From Ostreococcus lucimarinus (taxonomy: Eukaryota), in assembly GCA_000092065.1 (NCBI GenBank), contig CP000583.1: DNA of 64,000 nucleotides. One strand, 5' to 3'. The notes below the pieces were generated by a model, which saw only the letters and a program-made list of their open reading frames with translations, did not search any database and was not told the DNA's origin. The first letter of the stretch is position 1. Each line of letters begins with the position of its first letter. Made by a program: the position numbers and the translations under genes. Shown piece after piece: positions 8,105-16,519 of this stretch.

Positions 8105-9625
8105 TTATTGCGCCTCCTCCGTAGCCTTGCGCTTGTTTGCCGCCGGCACGTTGATTTTGAACAACCCGGGATTAGCGGCGTGCGAGCTCTCGCCAGATTT
8201 GAAGTCTGCTTTCGCCGCCTTGACGAGCGCGTTGACGCGAGCGATGTAGTCGGGGATGCTAAACTTCTTCTTTGTGCTGTCGTACGCCATGTATCGAATC
8301 TTGCCGAAAACTTCGCGTTCTTTCCAACCTTGATCGTGCACGCCCACGATGGACCACATGCATCCGACGTAGCCGCTCGGATCGCGACCATCCAGCGAGT
8401 ACGTGTCGTTCAAATAAATTGCAAACTTCAACGCTTGCTCGGGCGACTCGGTCCACTCGAGAATCTTCTTCGCCCAATACATTCGACAAAAGCCGTGCAT
8501 CTTACCTCCATAACGCAACTCTCGCTGGGCGGCGTTCCACAGATCGTCGTGCGTCTTCGCCCGCTCGAGTTCTTCGAGCGAGTACAAGTACGGACGCTTG
8601 TCACTCGCATGCAGGCGAAGCGTGTCCTTGGCCCAGTCGTACTTTTGTCCCTCAATCTGATCGTACTTCGGGCTGTAGTAGCAAAAGTTGTCGGACAACT
8701 CTCGACGAACGACGAGCTCTTCGAAGAACGACTCATACGCGGGCGGCGACGCCTTTCCGACGGCTTTCTTTGCCTCGAGCGCGCATCGCTGACCAGAAAT
8801 CTGCCCAAAGTGCAGCCAAGGCGACAGCCCGCTCAGCGCCTGCGGCTTGGATGGATCGTTGCGCTTCTCGTACAACTTCATGCGTGAGTTCACAAAGTCG
8901 TCCAAAACAGCGTGCGCCGCGGTTTCGCCCGGGATCGCCCACGTCACTTCCGGCACCGCTTGCCCGCGCGACAGCGCCTCGGCGATGATGTCGTCCCACT
9001 TCACCGCGTCGAGCGCCGGGCCGCTGTACTTGGGCAAATCATCCGGCACTTCCGGGAATTCGTGCAAGAACTCCGGGTAACGCTTCGCCAAGCGCCCTCG
9101 AAGCGTCCGCGCGCCGACTTCGAGCTTGTCGCTCGCTTCCCAGCACGGCACTACGTTGTGCGCGTCGCATTCCTCGCAGTGCGCCGAGCGCGCCTCGCAC
9201 AATGCCGCCAGTTCTTTCCGCCATTTCAACCCATCGCGAAGCGGCGAAAAGTCGCACACGATCGTTTTCGCACCAATCTTCTTGGCCAGCGCATCGATCG
9301 CGATCGCTGGCTCATCCCCGTACGTCATCGCGAACGTCACGTTTTTCGCCTTCGCCGCGCCCTCCAGCTCGCGAAGTCCACGCAGCATGAACCCGAACTG
9401 TCGCGCCCCCGCGCCGAGGAACTTTGTCAGCAGATTAAACGCGATCACCACCGGCGCGTCGTTCGCGCGCGCGACGTCGCACGCGCGCAGCAGCGCCCAG
9501 TTATCTCGCACGCGTTGGTCCCTGGACAGCCAGTACACGACTGGCGCGTTCGGTCCCGCCTCGGGCTTCGTCCCGCGCGTCAGCGCGCGATAGCGCTTCT
9601 TCGACGCGCACAACGCCGACGGCAT
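8105..9625 (-). CDS. class II CPD DNA photolyase
   Basis: The track's M1 is GTG; the ATG is at 9623-9625 (MPSALCASKKRY). Class II hallmark VVYWLSRDQRVRDNWAL, FAD-binding C-terminal domain (GKMHGFCRMYWAKKILEW, YVGCMWSI). Confidence 0.9.
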   Translation of the reverse strand: MPSALCASKKRYRALTRGTKPEAGPNAPVVYWLSRDQRVRDNWALLRACDVARANDAPVVIAFNLLTKFLGAGARQFGFMLRGLRELEGAAKAKNVTFAMTYGDEPAIAIDALAKKIGAKTIVCDFSPLRDGLKWRKELAALCEARSAHCEECDAHNVVPCWEASDKLEVGARTLRGRLAKRYPEFLHEFPEVPDDLPKYSGPALDAVKWDDIIAEALSRGQAVPEVTWAIPGETAAHAVLDDFVNSRMKLYEKRNDPSKPQALSGLSPWLHFGQISGQRCALEAKKAVGKASPPAYESFFEELVVRRELSDNFCYYSPKYDQIEGQKYDWAKDTLRLHASDKRPYLYSLEELERAKTHDDLWNAAQRELRYGGKMHGFCRMYWAKKILEWTESPEQALKFAIYLNDTYSLDGRDPSGYVGCMWSIVGVHDQGWKEREVFGKIRYMAYDSTKKKFSIPDYIARVNALVKAAKADFKSGESSHAANPGLFKINVPAANKRKATEEAQ

Positions 9626-9713
9626 CGCGCGCTCGAGCGTCGGCGCGCGCGCGAGGACTCGGCGTCGAGTTTTGACGCGCGCGGGCGACGTCACTCAACG
9701 CCGCGTCGCGCGC

Positions 9714-11594
9714 ATGTCGCGCGCGTTCGACGCGTGCGAGCGCGCGCGCGCGATCGCGACCGCGTCGAACGCGCCATGCGATCGGCGCGCGTCGCACCGC
9801 GCGCGCGTCGCGTCGCACCGCGCGGCGACGACGTCGCGAGACGCGGATAAAGGCGCGGAAAAGTTTGTGCCGGGGACGCTCGGATGGGGACGACGACGCG
9901 GGTCGATCGATCCGCGCGTCGATGGCGACGTGCTGGAGGACGCGCGCGCGCATGGGTACTGCGTGTACACGCACGCCGACTGGGCGCACGCGTACGTGAG
10001 CGCGGACGGTGAACACGCGTACGAGAGCGCGTGCGCGTTCGGCGCGGCGCCGGAGGAGCTGCGCGGCGGCACGCTGTATCGCATCGGACCCGGGTTGTTT
10101 GAGCGCGAGAAGGAGTACGCGCACATGCTCGACGGTGATGGTCTAGCGCTGCGATTCAGGTTTTCTTCAGATGGCGCGTCGGTGGCGTTTACGTCGCGAT
10201 TCGTTCGCACGCGCGAGTTCGCCGAGGAAGACGCCGCGGGCAAGGTGTTGTATCGAGGAACGTTCGGGACCATGCGAGAAGGAGGGATGTTGAATAATGC
10301 GTTCGATTTACACACGAAAAATTTAGCGAATACGAATATCGTGCGATGGGGCGGTCGCGTGCTCGCGTTGTACGAAGCAGGTCAGCCCGTGGAAGTGGAC
10401 GCGGAGACGCTCGCTACAAAGGGCGTGGACGATTTAGGCGGTCGACTCGAGCCGGGACAGTACTTCACGCTCGGGTTACCGGAACCCATCGGATCGACGA
10501 TCGAACGCTCTGCTGGACTTGGGGGGCGGGCGTTCACCGCACACCCGCACATTGACTCCAACACCGGATACTTGGTCGGTTGGGGATGGAAATCTCGCAT
10601 CACCGCCAAGGCGGTGGAGATTTCGCTGTGGGAGTGGGATGAAGATTGGCGCGAGATGGGAAGACGCGACTACGTTATGGAGGGCTGCGAGGCCGCGCCG
10701 CACGATTTCGGTGTGACAGAAAAGTGGTACGTGATGATTCAAAATCGACTCGGCATCGATCCTCTACCGTTTCTCGTCGGGGCCAAGGGCGCGGGTGAGT
10801 GCCTGATTTCGCAGCCGCAAGAACCACTCCTCGTGCACTTGATCCCGCGCTCGACGCAGACGCCGAATGTGGCGAAACCGGTGGAACCCGTGATCGCCGA
10901 AGGGCCTCGAGAATCGTTCGAGATACACGTGGCGCTCGCGCACGACGGGCCACCTTTGAGCCGCGGCGAGACGACGTCGGAAGATCTCGAGAACTGGGTC
11001 ACCGTGTACACCGCGGGCTGGGACAAGCTTTCTCCTGGTGTGTTCCTCGGCGAGTGGGGCTCAAGCGACCCTTGGCCGTTTCCAGTGCCCACGGAGTTGA
11101 GTCCAGACTTTAACAACATCCCGAGAACGCTGTTGTGGATGTATGAAATCAACGCCGTCACCGGGGAAGTGAAGCGTCAACCGGCGCCAGGTTGCGAAGA
11201 TTTGTGCATCGACCATCCGCACGTGTCGCCGTTATTCGAGGGCAAGCGCGCGTGTCGGTACGTGTACGCTTCGTTGAGTAACGAAGTTCGCGTCAGCGGA
11301 CCGCCGCTTGGTTACGTGCGCATCGACCTAAAGACGGGCGAATTGCAAAAGTGGTACGCGAGCAACCGAAGCTTTTGCGAAGAACCAGTCATCGTGCCGA
11401 AAGCGAACGGCGCAAACGAAGACGATGCGTGGTTGATCGGGCTGATCGCGGACCATTCGCGGGAGAACCCAGCTGGGATTTCACGAGTCGTCGTTCTTGA
11501 CTGCGCCGACATAGCCGCGGGCCCGGTGTGTAGCATTCCTCTGCGCAATAGAATCCCACACGGGCTGCATGGAATGTTTGTCGGTCGAGAATGA
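9714..11594 (+). CDS. carotenoid cleavage dioxygenase (RPE65/CCD family)
   Basis: ATG at 9714. The four conserved Fe-ligand His regions of carotenoid oxygenases are present (AHPHIDSNTGYL, APHDFGVTEKWYV, VHLIPR, IPHGLHGMFV), plus a transit-peptide-like N-terminus. Confidence 0.85.
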   Translation: MSRAFDACERARAIATASNAPCDRRASHRARVASHRAATTSRDADKGAEKFVPGTLGWGRRRGSIDPRVDGDVLEDARAHGYCVYTHADWAHAYVSADGEHAYESACAFGAAPEELRGGTLYRIGPGLFEREKEYAHMLDGDGLALRFRFSSDGASVAFTSRFVRTREFAEEDAAGKVLYRGTFGTMREGGMLNNAFDLHTKNLANTNIVRWGGRVLALYEAGQPVEVDAETLATKGVDDLGGRLEPGQYFTLGLPEPIGSTIERSAGLGGRAFTAHPHIDSNTGYLVGWGWKSRITAKAVEISLWEWDEDWREMGRRDYVMEGCEAAPHDFGVTEKWYVMIQNRLGIDPLPFLVGAKGAGECLISQPQEPLLVHLIPRSTQTPNVAKPVEPVIAEGPRESFEIHVALAHDGPPLSRGETTSEDLENWVTVYTAGWDKLSPGVFLGEWGSSDPWPFPVPTELSPDFNNIPRTLLWMYEINAVTGEVKRQPAPGCEDLCIDHPHVSPLFEGKRACRYVYASLSNEVRVSGPPLGYVRIDLKTGELQKWYASNRSFCEEPVIVPKANGANEDDAWLIGLIADHSRENPAGISRVVVLDCADIAAGPVCSIPLRNRIPHGLHGMFVGRE

Positions 11595-11689
11595 AAAGAC
11601 GCCTGAATGAAAAGACGCCTACAGTAAAATTGTACTTTGTAACAAAATGTTTGCTTGCGTTCGCGTAAGTTTTGGTTTTACAACATTGT

Positions 11690-13285
11690 TCACGTGTGAA
11701 GCTCGACCGCGATCTGCTCCAATGACTTGCCTTTTGTCTCCACGACGTATGCTTGAGTGAAAAAGAACCCAAACATCGAAAACGCCGCGAAAAACATGTA
11801 CACGACGCTAGCGCCGAAGTACTCCACCGCCGGTAAAAATCCCTGTCCAATGCAGAAGTTGAAGATCCAGTGCGCGAGAAAGCACAAAGACATCCCCTTC
11901 CCGCGCACGGCCGGAGCGAAAATCTCCGAAGATAGCAGACCCGGAACTGGACCGGCGCCCATGCCGAAGATGAAGACGTACGAGAGGACGGAAAACAGCG
12001 ACAGCGCGGGCGCCATGACCATCGCTGGAAACGCGCCCGCGATGGCCAAACCGACGCAACTTACCGCCATACCGAGGAAAGAGTACATGAGAAGCGGTTT
12101 ACGACCCGTTTTATCGAGTAAACCGGTAGCGATGACGCTGCCTACGATGTTCACCACGCACACCGCGACGGAGGCGAGTACGCCAGATTCGATCCCGGCG
12201 CTTTGGAAGATGGCCGTGCTGAAGTAGATGATGGCGTTGATGCCGGCAAATTGTTGAATGAAGAACAGCATCGGCCCCGTAATCACGGCTCGACGATTCG
12301 AGCGCCCTTGCAGAGTCTCTTGCCACGTCGCCACCTTGGTCGATCCCATGTCGTCGGCGCGCTTCGGCGCCACGGCTCCGAATTGCTTAGACTCCACCGC
12401 GTCCGCCTCTTGAAAGTGCCCTTTGGAGCGCAACCACGACGGACTTTCCGGGATTCCGTTCGCGAGCGTCGCGAGCGCGACCGCGGGAACGGTGGCGAGC
12501 CAGAACATCGTGCGCCACCACGCGGGATCGACGTCGACGCCTTGCAAAGGCAAACCGAGAAACATGGCGACCAAAATCCCAAATCCGATGGACAGTTGCG
12601 GCCCCGATCCCAGCACCCCACGGTGCTCGGGCGGACTCAGTTCGCTCACGTACATGGGCACCAAAATCGACACCAATCCGACGCCCACGCCCACGATCGC
12701 GCGTCCGGCGAGCATCGTCCGCAGCGTCGTCGCCGCCGCGCACGCCGCGCTTCCCAGCGCCAGCGCGACGCCCGCCAGCGCCAGCGACTTTTTCCGTCCA
12801 AATTTATCCGCCGACGCCCCCGCGGCGAACGACCCGAACGCCGCGCCCATGAGCATGCTCGACACCACCGCTCCTTTCGCCGCGACGTCTCGCGCGATGC
12901 CGATATCGCTCGCCAGCGCCTCCAGCGCCGGATTCACGACGCCGCAGTGATACCCAAACGAAAACGCCCCGAGTGCGGCGACGGCGACCGGGAACGCCGC
13001 GCGCCGCAGCGCCTGCGACGCGCTCAGCGGTTTCGCGAGCAATCCATCGCCATCGCGCGCGTCCTCGTCGCGCGTCGCGCGCGCGCGCGGCATCGCACCG
13101 CGCGTCCCGCGGACCGACGCGTTCGCGCGCGCGTCGCTCGAGTTCGCGCGCGGCGCGATGCGCATGCGCGACGCGCGCGCGCGCGCGACGACGGGACGCG
13201 AGACGCGCGCGCGATGCCGCGATCGGCGCGCGCGCGCGTCGACGCGCGCGCGCGACGACGACGCCGCCGACGACGACGCGCGCAT
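11690..13285 (-). CDS. MFS sugar porter (plastidic glucose/hexose transporter-like)
   Basis: 12-TM MFS with sugar-porter signatures (GRKKSLALAGVAL, VPMYVSELSPPEHRG, FQQFAGINAIIYFST) and a long R/A/S-rich N-terminus. ATG at 13283-13285; internal ATGs at ~13165 and ~13093 are alternatives. Confidence 0.85.
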   Translation of the reverse strand: MRASSSAASSSRARVDARARRSRHRARVSRPVVARARASRMRIAPRANSSDARANASVRGTRGAMPRARATRDEDARDGDGLLAKPLSASQALRRAAFPVAVAALGAFSFGYHCGVVNPALEALASDIGIARDVAAKGAVVSSMLMGAAFGSFAAGASADKFGRKKSLALAGVALALGSAACAAATTLRTMLAGRAIVGVGVGLVSILVPMYVSELSPPEHRGVLGSGPQLSIGFGILVAMFLGLPLQGVDVDPAWWRTMFWLATVPAVALATLANGIPESPSWLRSKGHFQEADAVESKQFGAVAPKRADDMGSTKVATWQETLQGRSNRRAVITGPMLFFIQQFAGINAIIYFSTAIFQSAGIESGVLASVAVCVVNIVGSVIATGLLDKTGRKPLLMYSFLGMAVSCVGLAIAGAFPAMVMAPALSLFSVLSYVFIFGMGAGPVPGLLSSEIFAPAVRGKGMSLCFLAHWIFNFCIGQGFLPAVEYFGASVVYMFFAAFSMFGFFFTQAYVVETKGKSLEQIAVELHT

Positions 13286-13328
13286 AGTGCGGATCGACGC
13301 TCAAAAGGCGACGCGCGAAACCGGCGAC

Positions 13329-13933
13329 ATGTGGCGTCGCGTCGCGCGCGACGTCGCGAGACGCGCGTCGACGTCGTGCGCGACGTCGTCGTCCGCGCGC
13401 GCGACGGGCGCGACGCGGGGCGTGAGCGCGACGGCGACGTCGAGGGCGAAGGCGAAGGCGAAGGCGAAGGCGAAGGGTAAAGGTGCGTCGAGCGCGGACC
13501 GACGCGCGAGGACGCGCGCGAAGACGCGAGGACGCGCGCGAGGACGCGCGGGATGACGCGCGGGATGACGCGCGCGACGCGCGACTGACGGAGCGACGGC
13601 GGTGTCGAACGACGCGCAGACGGTGAGAAGGCGCAGACGGCGGCGAGCGGCGGCGGCGGCGCGGCGAGCGACACGAAAGTCGTAGGGTTGAATTACTTGA
13701 AAACGGGAAGTGATCCGGAACTCGGGAGCGATGATGCGTATCCGGCGTGGTTGTGGACGCTGTCGGAGGCGAAGGAAAGTTTGGGAGGGTACGAGCGGAG
13801 GATCGCGGCGTTGAAGGCGGAGGGCTTGGATTGGCGCGCAGAGTTTTCGGAGGAGGACGCGAAACGGTATCGGAAACTCGAACGGACGCATCGGATCAGG
13901 GAAAATAACGCGTCGCGCGCGAAGAAATAGCAA
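13329..13933 (+). CDS. MRPL54: mitochondrial ribosomal protein mL54 (two exons: 13329..13482 and 13620..13933)
   Basis: Exon 2 encodes YPAWLWTLSEAKESLGGYERRIAALKAEGLDWRAEFSEEDAKRYRKLERTHRIRENN (mL54 motif YPEWLF...R.YWR.LR). It is not preceded by an in-frame ATG; there is an in-frame TGA at 13586. Exon 1 (MWRRVARDVARRAST...KAKAKGK, mitochondrial presequence) ends with donor GTGCGT at 13483. Branch CTGAC lies 33 nt upstream of acceptor CGCGCAG at 13619. The phase-1 junction recreates an Asp codon. Confidence 0.7.
13483..13619 (+). other. spliceosomal intron (137 nt) of the mL54 gene
   Basis: GTGCGT...CTGAC...CGCGCAG. The interior is built from degenerate GACGCGCG(A/G)G tandem motifs. Confidence 0.65.
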
Positions 13934-13976
13934 TGTTTTGATTATACCGGTATCGTTTGAGCTCGTCGATGCGTGT

Positions 13977-14681
13977 TCACGCGGCGGCGGCGACGGATTC
14001 GGCGGCGGCATCTTCCACGCGCGCGTCCTTCAACCGCGTGGCGTTTTCTTGAACCATCTTCTCCCACTTCAGTTTGTCGTACTCCTCGGGGCTTAAAAAG
14101 TCCGGGTCGGCGTACGAGCGCCAACTCCACATGTGACACTCGCAGCAAATCGTCTCTGACTCAAACTTTTTCTTGCCTCGACACCACGTCTGCGAAAAAT
14201 GATGCTCCTTCGTGTTCGTGGACCCGCACGACAGGCAGTCGGGGAAGCGTTCGTTCGGTTTCCATCGCGAGATCCATTCGTCTACGGTCATAATTTTCAT
14301 CCCAGCTCCGACCGAGGGGTTGATTTCAACGGGGTCGCCTGCGCGCGCAAGCCGGTCAGTCAGCCGTCCCGTCGCGAACGTCGTCGTCGTCGAGGAAGGT
14401 CGCGCGCAAGCTTCTTCATCGAGCGTCGTACCGTTCATGATCTTGCGCCACTCCGTGGCGTGCACGAGTGCCTTCGGATTTGCGTTCACGTCGGTGTAGA
14501 TGTCCGTCTTCAGATCGTCCGCGTACGCGTGCGTCATGTCTTTTTCTTCCTCCTCCTTGGTCGTCGACTTGTCGACATCTTTGGCCCCTCCGGTCGCGCC
14601 GGTCGCGTCTTTGGCCTTGGACGACGCCGCAGCCGACTTCCCGGGCTTCTTCTTACCAGTCTTTTTCGATTTTGGAGGCAT
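13977..14681 (-). CDS. hypothetical Lys-rich protein with C-terminal Cys/His-rich domain
   Basis: First ATG is MPPKSKKTGKKKPGKS (~14681); the track M1 is GTG. C-terminal CLSCGS...HHFSQTWCRGKKKFESETICCECHMWSW is a possible zinc-binding module. No family assigned. Confidence 0.45.
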   Translation of the reverse strand: MPPKSKKTGKKKPGKSAAASSKAKDATGATGGAKDVDKSTTKEEEEKDMTHAYADDLKTDIYTDVNANPKALVHATEWRKIMNGTTLDEEACARPSSTTTTFATGRLTDRLARAGDPVEINPSVGAGMKIMTVDEWISRWKPNERFPDCLSCGSTNTKEHHFSQTWCRGKKKFESETICCECHMWSWRSYADPDFLSPEEYDKLKWEKMVQENATRLKDARVEDAAAESVAAAA

Positions 14682-14816
14682 CGCGACGAGAGACGCGCGC
14701 GCGTGAGTGCGGCGATCTCGAAATGTCCGCGAGAAAAACGCTCGCACCAGCCGTTTTTCACTTCGCTAATAAAATAAATCAAATCACACAGCTACGACCG
14801 AACGAGTCTCACTCGT

Positions 14817-16373
14817 TTACAGCAGCGAATCGCGCTCGTCGACGAATTCTATGATACGATCAGACTCGCCGCGGTTGATCGCGGTGTACGCGACGACGCC
14901 CAACGTCACGGGCACCAGGTAGACGAGCGCGGGTTGGCCCTCGCCGGTGAGCAAATTCGCGGAAATCGCGACGAGCAAACCGATCAAGTATGCAGACAAC
15001 GAGGCGCTGAAGAACGCGCGTCCGCTCAGCGACGATGGAATGGAAATAGTACCCCCGCTCGTGTCGCCAGCTTCGTCGTAAGCGAGCACGGCGGCGTCGC
15101 CCGCGCGTTTACCGATCCCAGATCTGTACCCGTCGGCTTCGAAATCGCCGTCGCCGTCGCCGTCGAGCCGATTTTCCACACCCGCTTCTAGGGCATCGCG
15201 CTCGGTGGCGAATATCTCCATGAACGCGTCCGCCGCGGCGTTTGCGCGTCCGCGCAAGTCTGTCGCGCGCGAGGCGTCGTAACGCAGCATGAGAGCGACC
15301 AACAACCCGGGAATGGCGACGTCGCCCAAGCCCAACAGCGAAAACTCGAAAGCGTCCAGCGGCAGCGGATTCAAGACGTCGTCAAATCTAGGAAATAATA
15401 ATCTAAAGGGACCGTTGAACGACTGGTTCGTCGCCACGCTCATCATCACGTTTTTTCCAACCACCTCTTCTGATTTGAAGACCCAAAACGCGTCGTATGC
15501 GAGCAACCCGCACAGCGCCGTCGCGCAACTCTTGAAGCTCCCGAAGCCGATGACGGAGAGAAAGTCGCTGACGATAAAGCACGCTATCGCATTGTTGAGC
15601 GTGAAGTTTTGATGGCCAGCCTGAAGATCTGCCGTCGCGAGCGCGAGTCCAGCGAGTAAGCCTACGATTTGCGCCGGCGTCACGTCGAATTCGGCATCCG
15701 TCACCGTCTCGCCCGTCTTGGGATCGGTCGCCCATCCATCGGGCACGCGCAGCTTCACTAAACCCTCCTTCCACCACGCCCCGAGCGCGTTCATGGGTTC
15801 CGTCGCGTTCCCCGCCACCGCGATCGTGCCCAGTATAAAAAAATAAAAATCCACGGCGACGCTAATATCCAGCTTCAAAATCTCCAGCGCGACGTACGCC
15901 GCAAACAGCGCCGCGCTCAGCACGAACGGTCCGAGCAGCGAGCTTTCAAACGAAATCGTCTCCCGAAAATCTCGCGTCAATCCTCGATGCGAGCCGATGT
16001 AAATGGCCGCCATCGCCAACGCGGCGAAATACGGCACGTATCCGTAGCGAAAGTGTTCCAGCGCCCCGTCCCCTCCGATGCCGAGCGCGAGCGCGAGCGC
16101 GCCGTACGCCGCGAACACGTCGACCGCGTCCCACACGAACGTCCGCGCGAGTTCCTCGTCCGCGGGCGCGGCGCGACGCGCGACCGCGACGCGATGGCGA
16201 TGCGTCCGCGCGCGACGCGGTCGCGCCCACCGCGCGCGGTCGACGTCCGCGCGCGCGCGCGCGACGGGCGCGACGGGCGCGACGACGACGCCATCGCGCG
16301 TCGCGACGGTCGTCGCGCGACGCCGCGCGCGAGACGCGACGGCGAACGCCGGGGGGGCGACGCACGCGCGCAT
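14817..16373 (-). CDS. signal peptide peptidase (presenilin-type intramembrane aspartyl protease, SPP/SPPL)
   Basis: Catalytic YD (LLAYDAFWVF) and LGLGD (FSLLGLGDVAIPGLL) motifs and the PAL motif (QPALVYLVP). Nine or more TM segments. ATG at ~16371-16373 (MRACVAPPAF...). Confidence 0.85.
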   Translation of the reverse strand: MRACVAPPAFAVASRARRRATTVATRDGVVVAPVAPVARARADVDRARWARPRRARTHRHRVAVARRAAPADEELARTFVWDAVDVFAAYGALALALGIGGDGALEHFRYGYVPYFAALAMAAIYIGSHRGLTRDFRETISFESSLLGPFVLSAALFAAYVALEILKLDISVAVDFYFFILGTIAVAGNATEPMNALGAWWKEGLVKLRVPDGWATDPKTGETVTDAEFDVTPAQIVGLLAGLALATADLQAGHQNFTLNNAIACFIVSDFLSVIGFGSFKSCATALCGLLAYDAFWVFKSEEVVGKNVMMSVATNQSFNGPFRLLFPRFDDVLNPLPLDAFEFSLLGLGDVAIPGLLVALMLRYDASRATDLRGRANAAADAFMEIFATERDALEAGVENRLDGDGDGDFEADGYRSGIGKRAGDAAVLAYDEAGDTSGGTISIPSSLSGRAFFSASLSAYLIGLLVAISANLLTGEGQPALVYLVPVTLGVVAYTAINRGESDRIIEFVDERDSLL

Positions 16374-16519
16374 CGGTGTCGCGAAATGAACCCATGTCCG
16401 ATTTCTCCCAGTAGAAAAGGTCGAATGATGTTTAAGTTTAAGATAAGAAGTCAACTACATTTTGCGAATCGCGACGACGAAAGGAACGACGGATGCGCGA
16501 GCGACGTTTCGTTACAACG

